Below, one piece after another: positions 1-6,287 of a stretch of DNA of 6,501 nt; the stretch's first letter is position 1, and each line of letters begins with the position of its first letter. The position numbers were made by a program, and so were the translations under genes. The notes below the pieces were generated by a model, which saw only the letters and a list, made by a program, of their open reading frames with translations, ran no database searches and was not told the origin of the DNA. The stretch is from the IMG/VR virus record IMGVR_UViG_2663762992_000004. One strand, 5' to 3'. The stretch comes from a virus (lineage: Duplodnaviria; Heunggongvirae; Uroviricota; Caudoviricetes).

Positions 1-96
1 ATTTTCTCCAGATGCTCTGTATGGTCAATCAAGTATTGGATCATATGCATAATTAATCTTTTAATCAGTTAATAGAATAAAAACCTAGGTAAACAC
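1..96 (+). promoter_or_regulatory. AT-rich leader upstream of the DNA polymerase gene; probable promoter/5' UTR region, with no confident -35/-10 assignment
   Basis: Non-coding AT-rich stretch directly upstream of the 687-aa ORF. A weak Shine-Dalgarno-like AGGT lies about 8 nt before the ATG at 97, and a TAGAAT hexamer at 73..78 is a possible -10. Promoter elements were judged by eye only. Confidence 0.25.
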
Positions 97-2160
97 ATGT
101 CCAATATACTATGGGGCGACCTGGAAACCTATTGCGAAATCCCTATTACGAACGGTACCCATGCGTATGCCGAAGGCGTTGAAGTGATGCTTTTCGCATG
201 GGCTATCAACGACGGGCCAGTAAACGTGTGGGATATCACTGCCGGTGGTGGTATTCCACACGGCTTATACGAAGCAATCGCAGACCCTGAAACCCTGCTT
301 TATTTCCATAACTCTCACTTCGACCGCACCGTTCTGCGTTATGCAATGCCGCGACTGGCACCGCCAGTCGAACGTTGGCGCGACACGATGGTGCAGGCGC
401 TGGCGCACGGTCTCCCGGGGTCTCTGGGGGAACTCTGCGAAGTACTAGGCGTCCCGCAAGACAAAGCGAAGGACAAAGAAGGTAAAGCGCTGATCCAGCT
501 GTTCTGTAAGCCACGTCCGAAAAACAGCAAACTGCGTCGGGCCACCAGTAAAACCCATCCGGAAGAATGGCGGCGCTTTGTTGCTTACGCCGGACTGGAT
601 ATCGAAGCAATGCGTGAAGTCTATAAACGTCTGCCGAAGTGGAATTATCAGGGGACAGAGCTGGCGCTCTGGCATCGTGATCAGCAGATCAACGACCGGG
701 GCGTCTGCATGGACATGCAACTCGCGCGCGCTGCGATCGAAGCGGTAGACCAGGAGCAAAAGCGCCTGGCAAAGCGTACACAGGAAATGACTGATGGCGA
801 AGTGCAGGCAGCCACACAACGGGACGCGTTGATTAAGCACATCGTTGAATCCTACGGTGTGGAGCTACCAGACATGCAACGCAGTACCCTGGAACGTCGT
901 ATGGCCGACCCCGATTTATCATCTGCCGTGAAAGAACTGCTGGCTATCCGCCTGCAAGCCAGTACTACCAGCACCAGTAAATACAAGGCACTGATGAAAG
1001 GCGTAAGCCACGACGGGCGCTTACGCGGTACGCTACAGTTCTGCGGGGCGTCACGTACCGGTCGTTGGGCCGGACGGCTATTCCAGCCCCAGAACCTTCC
1101 CCGCCCTTCACTAAAACAGGAACAAATAGACGAAGGCATCGAAGCACTGAAAGCCGGATGTGCAGACCTGCTGTTTGACAATATCATGGAACTAACCAGT
1201 TCAGCGTTACGTGGCTGCATTATCGCGCCAACAGGCAAAAAACTAGTGGTAAGTGACTTGTCAAACATTGAAGGCCGTATGCTGGCATGGCTGGCGGGAG
1301 AAGAATGGAAACTGAATGCATTCAGAGAGTATGACGCTGGAACGGGTCCGGACTTATATAAACTGGCGTATGCAAAAGCTTTCGATATTGCACCAGATGA
1401 TGTTGATAAACACATGCGTCAGATCGGTAAAGTCATGGAACTCGGTCTGGGTTATGGAGGTGGTGTATCGGCTTTCATCACTTTTGCTCTGGTTTACGGT
1501 CTCGATCTCGACGAGCTGGCGAACGCCGCACTGCCAAACATTCCCCGCGATGTTATCCGCGAGGCAAAAAGCTGGTACGACGAATCGGTTAAGCGTAAGT
1601 CGACCTTTGGCCTGTCCGAGCGTGTATTCATCGCATGTGACTCGCTCAAGCGCCTGTGGCGCAGGGCGCACCCGGCGACCTGCGATTTCTGGTACGAGCT
1701 GGAGCGCACTGTCCGCACAGCAATCGCCACACCGCAAAAAACATTGTATTGCGGCTATCTTAAAATCCGACGTGATGGCGCGTGGCTGCGCATACAGCTA
1801 CCATCCGGACGCGCTGTATGCTACCCGTCTCCGGTTATCGAACAAGGGAATATCACCTACATGGGTGTTAACTCTTATTCGCGTAAATGGCAACGACTCA
1901 AAACCTACGGCGGAAAGCTGGTGGAGAACGTCACCCAGGCGGCCGCCCGCGACGTTCTAGCCAGAAACATGCCGCTGATCGAGGGTGCCGGTTACAGCAT
2001 TGTGCTAACGGTACACGACGAGGTGATCACCGAAGCACCAGACACAGAAGATTTCAACGATAAAGCGCTTTCCGCGCTTCTCTCCACTAACCCCGAATGG
2101 GCACCCGATATTCCGCTGAACGCTGGCGGCTTTGAGGCGTACCACTACAAAAAAGATTGA
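97..2160 (+). CDS. Family A (Pol I / T7-like) DNA polymerase with N-terminal 3'-5' proofreading exonuclease domain, phage type
   Basis: 687-aa ORF. Exo I motif D-x-E in the N-terminus ([10 protein letters not shown]). Polymerase motif A ([19 protein letters not shown]), motif B ([16 protein letters not shown]) and motif C ([11 protein letters not shown]) are present in canonical order. Long ORF with uniform codon usage and no competing frame. Confidence 0.92.
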   Translation: MSNILWGDLETYCEIPITNGTHAYAEGVEVMLFAWAINDGPVNVWDITAGGGIPHGLYEAIADPETLLYFHNSHFDRTVLRYAMPRLAPPVERWRDTMVQALAHGLPGSLGELCEVLGVPQDKAKDKEGKALIQLFCKPRPKNSKLRRATSKTHPEEWRRFVAYAGLDIEAMREVYKRLPKWNYQGTELALWHRDQQINDRGVCMDMQLARAAIEAVDQEQKRLAKRTQEMTDGEVQAATQRDALIKHIVESYGVELPDMQRSTLERRMADPDLSSAVKELLAIRLQASTTSTSKYKALMKGVSHDGRLRGTLQFCGASRTGRWAGRLFQPQNLPRPSLKQEQIDEGIEALKAGCADLLFDNIMELTSSALRGCIIAPTGKKLVVSDLSNIEGRMLAWLAGEEWKLNAFREYDAGTGPDLYKLAYAKAFDIAPDDVDKHMRQIGKVMELGLGYGGGVSAFITFALVYGLDLDELANAALPNIPRDVIREAKSWYDESVKRKSTFGLSERVFIACDSLKRLWRRAHPATCDFWYELERTVRTAIATPQKTLYCGYLKIRRDGAWLRIQLPSGRAVCYPSPVIEQGNITYMGVNSYSRKWQRLKTYGGKLVENVTQAAARDVLARNMPLIEGAGYSIVLTVHDEVITEAPDTEDFNDKALSALLSTNPEWAPDIPLNAGGFEAYHYKKD

Positions 2161-2224
2161 TATAACTCACCTTATCGAGCTATGGCGACATGCTGAATTC
2201 GAGTAAATTAAAGGTACAATACTT

Positions 2225-2986
2225 ATGCAGGAACTAACTGAAATGCCGATCAACTATCCATACCCGAGAGAATCTTTTCCTGACTTTTTGAGGGAGTGTG
2301 GGTTCACCAATTTTTCCCACGAACAGCGTGAGACTTATGACTGCTATCGTTTAACGAATGGCGTAATTGTTAACCTTTACACCACCCGGACCATTCAGTT
2401 TCAAGGGAACCCTCAAGAACGTCCCAATGTTGAAACTGCAATAATGTCCCATTTAGGAACGCCCCCCACGGCAACACCACTAGCCGTAGAACAGCCATCT
2501 GAGCTTCCCAAAAAGATATTCATTGTTCACGGCCATGACCATACTGCAAAGGAACAACTTGAGCTAATCCTTCATAAACTTGGATTACCAGACCATTTCA
2601 TTTTGCAGAATACGGGAGGGACTGGACTCACCATTATTGAAGAGCTTGAACGTGAAATTGGGCAAGGACAAACTGCTACTCGTTTCGGGATTGTTCTTTT
2701 GACACCTGATGATATGGGATACTCAAAGCGCGCCGGTGAAGCAGAAATCCAACCCCGCGCAAGACAGAACGTTGTACTCGAGATGGGTATGCTTCTTTCG
2801 TCCTTAGGGCGCAGCAATGTAGCAATCCTTCAGAAACAGCACCTAGAACAGCCTTCTGATGCTAACGGGATTTTGTATCTGAATTTCAACGACCATGTAC
2901 GTGAAACAGTTCCTCGTCTAGTGCAACGGTTACAAAATTCTGGTTTCGAATTTACACAAGCTCAAATAGCTAACGCTTCCTCGTAA
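2225..2986 (+). CDS. Two-domain cargo protein: N-terminal domain of unknown function (~aa 1-78), Pro/Thr-rich linker, C-terminal TIR-like nucleotide-processing domain (~aa 96-235); candidate defence/abortive-infection effector
   Basis: 253-aa ORF with a weak AGGT Shine-Dalgarno-like element ~9 nt upstream. C-terminal domain shows the pattern KKIFIVHGHD ... IVLLTPDD ... PRARQNVVLEMGMLLSSLGRSNVAILQK, which I recognise as characteristic of the bacterial 'TIR-like' flavodoxin-fold family (Pfam PF10137-type) with a conserved Glu in NVVLEMG. GC is visibly lower than the flanking polymerase gene. The domain call is from motif recognition, not a profile search. Confidence 0.7.
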   Translation: MQELTEMPINYPYPRESFPDFLRECGFTNFSHEQRETYDCYRLTNGVIVNLYTTRTIQFQGNPQERPNVETAIMSHLGTPPTATPLAVEQPSELPKKIFIVHGHDHTAKEQLELILHKLGLPDHFILQNTGGTGLTIIEELEREIGQGQTATRFGIVLLTPDDMGYSKRAGEAEIQPRARQNVVLEMGMLLSSLGRSNVAILQKQHLEQPSDANGILYLNFNDHVRETVPRLVQRLQNSGFEFTQAQIANASS

Positions 2987-3010
2987 TTACCCCCTTATTG
3001 TTGATTACAA

Positions 3011-3036
3011 CCCTGCATTGCGGGGTTTTTTATTTG
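3011..3036 (+). terminator. Rho-independent terminator downstream of the TIR-like gene
   Basis: GC-rich hairpin CCCTGCATTGCGGGG (stem CCCTGC / GCGGGG with one G-U pair and a short loop) immediately followed by TTTTTTATTT, located 25 nt after the stop codon at 2986. Confidence 0.6.
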
Positions 3037-3050
3037 GGAATAAAAACCCT

Positions 3051-3185
3051 ATGTCATTTAAATACCGGGACAGTCCGCTTTATTACCGGACTGCACGGGA
3101 GGCTTTGCGCCTTGAACAGTCCAGCGGGTACGACCGGGCGATGCAGGTCTGGGCCAAAGCGAACGTCGGTTTGATTTTTGTCTGA
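3051..3185 (+). CDS. Possible small ORF (44 aa, MSFKYRDSPLYYRTAREALRLEQSSGYDRAMQVWAKANVGLIFV), hypothetical
   Basis: ATG at 3051 to TGA at 3183..3185, my own translation; it is below the size cut-off of the supplied ORF track. Codon usage is GC-rich like the phage backbone, but there is no clear Shine-Dalgarno sequence. It could instead be untranslated leader carrying a promoter for the downstream genes. Confidence 0.2.
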   Translation: MSFKYRDSPLYYRTAREALRLEQSSGYDRAMQVWAKANVGLIFV

Positions 3186-3221
3186 TGCAGAACATGCGCG
3201 AAAAGCGTAAGGAGGTGGACG

Positions 3222-3416
3222 ATGTCTAATATCGATAATAAAGGTTGGGGGTTCCCCGCCCTGTCGAAAAAAGCACATTTCTTTAATTCGGGGGAAGCCA
3301 TATCACTATGCGGAAAATGGATGTTCACAGGTATCAGGATTGACGAATGGCATGACCATCCTGAGAACTGCGCTATCTGCATGAAGAAACGCAAAAAGCA
3401 GGAAGGCGAAAGCTAA
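3222..3416 (+). CDS. Small hypothetical protein (64 aa) with a Cys/His cluster (C30, H44, H46, C50, C53); possible zinc-binding
   Basis: Strong Shine-Dalgarno AAGGAGG 7 nt upstream of the ATG at 3222. Its stop overlaps the start of the next gene (TAATG at 3414..3418), indicating translational coupling with the VRR-NUC gene. Confidence 0.6.
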   Translation: MSNIDNKGWGFPALSKKAHFFNSGEAISLCGKWMFTGIRIDEWHDHPENCAICMKKRKKQEGES

Positions 3417-3700
3417 TGGCCTATGAACGTGAAAACCTAATCGAAAAGCACCTCGTCGCTGAAGTAAAAAAGGCTGGCGGGGTTGCCTTTAAGTTCGTAT
3501 CTCCCGGTCTCCGCTCGGTACCAGATCGCATTGTTCTGCTACCCGGCGGTCGCATCGTCTTTGTCGAATGCAAAGCACCAGGCAAACCACCACGACCTGA
3601 TCAGTTGCGCGAGCATGAACGTCTGCGAAAACTGGGCTTTACCGTGGTAGTACTGGATAGTAAGGAGCTTTCATGTATATTAGGCAAAAAATTACAATAG
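3416..3700 (+). CDS. VRR-NUC domain nuclease (PD-(D/E)xK superfamily), phage-associated
   Basis: 94-aa ORF with the pattern PDRIVLLPGGRIVFVECKAPGKPPRPDQLREHERLRKLGF, typical of VRR-NUC proteins (D ... E-x-K catalytic core followed by a conserved Q/E-rich helix). It is translationally coupled to the upstream small ORF. The last ~15 codons become AT-rich, suggesting the native 3' end was remodelled by the adjacent insertion. Confidence 0.82.
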   Translation: MAYERENLIEKHLVAEVKKAGGVAFKFVSPGLRSVPDRIVLLPGGRIVFVECKAPGKPPRPDQLREHERLRKLGFTVVVLDSKELSCILGKKLQ

Positions 3701-3715
3701 GAGTCTGTGTAAGCT

Positions 3716-4633
3716 ATGGCTAAGCAACAAACGAAAGAAATAAACCAAGATGATGTAAAAGACAACAAAAATATGCCACCTCATATATGCGGCATTATTA
3801 TGCCAATTGCGGACATAGAAGGTTATCCCACTGGACATTGGAGAAATGTTCATGACATTATTTGTGAAGCATCAAATGATGCCGGATTCAAGGCAAATTT
3901 GGTAAGTTCAGATGATGATGTTGCAGTAATACAAAAACGAATTGTTCAAAATCTTTATGAAAACCCCATAGTTGTTTGCGATATAAGTGCTCGAAACGCT
4001 AATGTAATGTTTGAATTAGGAATGCGTCTCGCATTTGACAAACCGACCGTAATTATTAAGGACGAGCGCACTCCTTATAGCTTTGACATTTCATCAATTG
4101 AACATTTAGAGTACCCTTCGGATTTAAGATACCAATCAATCAATTTATTCAAAGAAAGACTTGCGAGCAAGATAAAAGAAACATATTTAAAGTCAGTAAC
4201 TGATCCTGAATACACAACATTCCTCAAACATTTTGGCACTTTCAAAGTTGCACAACTAGACCAGAAAGAAGTATCAGAAACTGAGTATCTGGCATCTGAG
4301 ATTAAAGATATCAAATCATTATTGATATCTCTTAGGGCAACAGCAACGACAAAATCCAGATTTTTCGACTCACCGAAAAATTACTCGCAGCAGGAAATTG
4401 ACAACTCTGTAGATATTATTAAAAATGGAGTTGCCAGTTATACTATAAGGAGTGAAGGATTTAGTATATCAAAATCAGCACTAGAAAAGTTACGCCAAAG
4501 ACTACACAACGCAGGATTTCAAGTCGAGCAAATAGTATTGACAGGAAAAGAAGTAATTATTCATCTGTCATCACCTTTAATAAATGAAGAAGAAAATATT
4601 TTTAAAGATGCAATAGTAACAGCACTATTATAA
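3716..4633 (+). CDS. AT-rich cargo protein: N-terminal nucleoside 2-deoxyribosyltransferase-like / TIR-like flavodoxin-fold domain (~aa 24-116) plus C-terminal region of unknown function (~aa 120-305); candidate defence or counter-defence effector
   Basis: 305-aa ORF with AGGAG Shine-Dalgarno ~8 nt upstream. N-terminal pattern ICGIIMPIADIEGYP ... NPIVVCDISARNANVMFELGMRLAFDKPTVIIKD matches the D...N-x-V-x-F-E-x-G...K-P signature of nucleoside 2-deoxyribosyltransferase-like domains, with Glu100 as the putative catalytic nucleophile. GC is markedly lower than the neighbouring genes, and Lys/Asn/Ile-rich codon usage points to foreign origin. Domain call is by motif only. Confidence 0.7.
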   Translation: MAKQQTKEINQDDVKDNKNMPPHICGIIMPIADIEGYPTGHWRNVHDIICEASNDAGFKANLVSSDDDVAVIQKRIVQNLYENPIVVCDISARNANVMFELGMRLAFDKPTVIIKDERTPYSFDISSIEHLEYPSDLRYQSINLFKERLASKIKETYLKSVTDPEYTTFLKHFGTFKVAQLDQKEVSETEYLASEIKDIKSLLISLRATATTKSRFFDSPKNYSQQEIDNSVDIIKNGVASYTIRSEGFSISKSALEKLRQRLHNAGFQVEQIVLTGKEVIIHLSSPLINEEENIFKDAIVTALL

Positions 4634-4645
4634 ATAACATTTTTA

Positions 4646-4680
4646 AAACAACAAAAGGTCTAAATTGGCCTTTTGTTGTT
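4646..4680 (+). terminator. Intrinsic terminator-like hairpin downstream of the AT-rich cargo gene
   Basis: Perfect 12-bp inverted repeat AACAACAAAAGG (4646..4657) / CCTTTTGTTGTT (4668..4679) around a 10-nt loop. The 3' arm is itself T-rich and is followed directly by the helicase Shine-Dalgarno TAGGAG. The AT-rich stem means it may act as a weak or bidirectional terminator, or as an insertion scar. Confidence 0.5.
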
Positions 4681-4695
4681 TAGGAGCCATATTAT

Positions 4696-6090
4696 ATGCC
4701 CCCAAAATATATACCTCGCCCCTACCAAGTTCTCATTATCAACCACGAAACCGAAACCCTGCGCGGCAACATCTGGGCGGGGATGGGAATGGGTAAAACC
4801 GTGGCAACGCTCACTGCGCTGGAAGATCTCTTTATGGCAGGGGCAGAAACATGCCCCGCACTGGTCCTCGCGCCGCTGCGCGTGGCTGCCAGCACATGGC
4901 CGGATGAAGCACTGAAGTGGGGACATTTGCGCAATATCGAGGTGCAGCCAATTATTGGTAATGCCAAAGCGCGCTCTATGGCGCTGACGAACAGCAACGC
5001 AAGCGTGTTCACCATCAACTACGATAACCTTGTCTGGCTGATTGAAGAATTGGGAGAACGATGGCCGTTCGGTACTGTCATTCCAGATGAAAGCACCCGG
5101 CTAAAATCCTTCCGGCTGCGCGGTGGTGGTAAGCGCGCGGCGGCGCTGGGCAAAGTGGCGCATAAGTATGTCCGGCGCTGGATAAATCTCACCGGTACGC
5201 CAGCACCGAACGGCCTGGTAGATTTGTGGGGACAATCGTGGTTTGTGGACCAGGGGCAACGTCTCGGGCGCACTTACGGCGCGTTTACCTCACGCTGGTT
5301 CAACTCGATACAGTTTCCGGGGCAGAGCTGGACCAAACTGGAGCCTTTTGCTCACTCACAGGGTGAAATACAGCGAGCGTTAGCCGATGTAACCCTCTCG
5401 CTGGATGCGGCCGACTGGTTCGATATCAAAGACCCCATCCATAACGTAATCCGCGTGGATATGCCACCGAAGGCCCGTCAGCAGTATCGTGAAATGGAAA
5501 AGGAAATGTTCCTCGAGCTGAATGGCGAAGGCATCGAAGCACCGAACGCCGCGGCAAAGACACTGAAGTGTCTGCAAATCGCCAGCGGCGCAGTATACAC
5601 AGATGACACCGGAAGTTGGTCAGAACTGCATGACACCAAACTACAGGCGCTGGACAGCATACTGACCGAAGCAGCTGGCGCACCTGTGCTGGTTGCTTAT
5701 CACTGGAAACACGATCTTGAACGCTTGCTTAAAGCATTCCCTCGCGGTCGTCACCTCGACCAGGATCCACAGACACTGCGCGACTGGAATTCCGGAAAGA
5801 TTCCTGTTCTCTTTGCACACCCAGCCAGCGCGGGCCACGGCCTGAACATGCAGGACGGCGGAAATATACTGGTATTTTTCTCACACTGGTGGGACCTGGA
5901 GCAATATCAGCAAATTATTGAACGTATCGGCCCCACCAGGCAGATACAGGCCGGACACAATCGTCCGGTATTTATTCACCACATTATTGCTGCCGACACT
6001 ATGGATGAAATGGTGATGGAGCGGCGCAACTCAAAACGAACAGTGCAGGACATCCTGCTCGATGCCATGAAAAAGAGAGGTATAGCATGA
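4696..6090 (+). CDS. SNF2-family (DEAD/DEAH-like superfamily 2) helicase/ATPase, phage replication type
   Basis: 464-aa ORF with Walker A AGMGMGKT, motif II DESTRLK (DExx-type) and motif III LTGTP in the N-terminal RecA-like lobe, and a C-terminal helicase lobe (HPASAGHGLNMQDGGNILVFFSHWWDLEQYQQIIERIGPTRQ). TAGGAG Shine-Dalgarno 8 nt upstream. The polymerase / VRR-NUC / SNF2 arrangement is common in phage replication modules. Confidence 0.9.
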   Translation: MPPKYIPRPYQVLIINHETETLRGNIWAGMGMGKTVATLTALEDLFMAGAETCPALVLAPLRVAASTWPDEALKWGHLRNIEVQPIIGNAKARSMALTNSNASVFTINYDNLVWLIEELGERWPFGTVIPDESTRLKSFRLRGGGKRAAALGKVAHKYVRRWINLTGTPAPNGLVDLWGQSWFVDQGQRLGRTYGAFTSRWFNSIQFPGQSWTKLEPFAHSQGEIQRALADVTLSLDAADWFDIKDPIHNVIRVDMPPKARQQYREMEKEMFLELNGEGIEAPNAAAKTLKCLQIASGAVYTDDTGSWSELHDTKLQALDSILTEAAGAPVLVAYHWKHDLERLLKAFPRGRHLDQDPQTLRDWNSGKIPVLFAHPASAGHGLNMQDGGNILVFFSHWWDLEQYQQIIERIGPTRQIQAGHNRPVFIHHIIAADTMDEMVMERRNSKRTVQDILLDAMKKRGIA

Positions 6091-6287
6091 GCGAGAAACC
6101 CGACGATTTACTCACCCCGGATGAAGTATGCCAAAAGTTAGGTATTACACAGAAAACGCTATGTGAGTGGAATATTAAGCATCGTCATCGGGCTATCCTG
6201 GCACCAATTCGTTTCAGTGCAAAAGTAGTTCGTTATGAGCGCCGAAATATCGACGCTTTTATTCAAAAATGTCGCAGCCAGTATTAA
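6087..6287 (+). CDS. Small helix-turn-helix DNA-binding protein, AlpA/excisionase-like (HTH_17-type) regulator
   Basis: 66-aa ORF whose ATG overlaps the helicase stop (ATGA at 6087..6090), indicating translational coupling. LTPDEVCQKLGITQKTLCEW is a helix-turn-helix, followed by VRYERRNIDAFI, resembling the conserved C-terminal strand/helix of AlpA/Xis-like proteins. Confidence 0.65.
   Translation: MSEKPDDLLTPDEVCQKLGITQKTLCEWNIKHRHRAILAPIRFSAKVVRYERRNIDAFIQKCRSQY

Noticed and set aside
236-1737. Multiple minus-strand ORFs (236..610, 339..545, 445..840, 852..1415, 965..1147, 1354..1737, 1494..1730) and + strand alternative-frame ORFs (245..448, 1316..1960) inside the DNA polymerase gene
   Set aside because: All are fully embedded in the 687-aa polymerase ORF, which has canonical exonuclease and polymerase motifs. 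Their translations are Arg/Ser/Cys/Pro-rich, as expected for off-frame reading of GC-rich coding sequence, and none has a ribosome-binding site or recognisable domain.
2155-2224. Possible sigma70 promoter (TTGATA at 2155..2160 with downstream TATAAC) for the TIR-like gene
   Set aside because: Hexamer spacing and match to consensus are poor by eye. It is equally possible the gene is read through from the polymerase transcript. Not reported as a feature without a computational promoter scan or transcript mapping.
2572-2817. Minus-strand 81-aa ORF within the TIR-like gene
   Set aside because: Antisense to a well-supported CDS, with a low-complexity translation and no start context.
3054-3394. 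Minus-strand ORFs 3054..3278 and 3083..3394 spanning the leader and small-ORF region
   Set aside because: They overlap the + strand ORF at 3222 that has a strong AAGGAGG ribosome-binding site and coupling to the VRR-NUC gene. Gene orientation in the whole window is + strand, and their translations look like off-frame sequence.
3716-3775. Alternative start for the AT-rich cargo gene at Met20 (ATG 3773)
   Set aside because: The upstream ATG at 3716 has a better-placed AGGAG ribosome-binding site, whereas the region before 3773 is A-rich without a clear Shine-Dalgarno sequence. The longer form is kept, although the Lys-rich first 19 residues could be dispensable.
4075-4314. Minus-strand 79-aa ORF inside the AT-rich cargo gene
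   Set aside because: Embedded antisense within a longer ORF with a good ribosome-binding site; AT-rich DNA readily produces chance antisense ORFs.
4748-4760. Short tandem GAAACC-GAAACC near the helicase start
   Set aside because: Only two copies of a hexamer within coding sequence (encoding ETET); too short to be a meaningful repeat or CRISPR-like element.
4660-5838. Minus-strand and alternative-frame ORFs (4660..4926, 4673..4915, 4722..5018, 5019..5273, 5380..5577, 5426..5683, 5478..5660, 5641..5838) within the helicase gene
   Set aside because: All lie inside the 464-aa SNF2 helicase ORF, which has Walker A, DExx and helicase C-terminal motifs. None has independent support.
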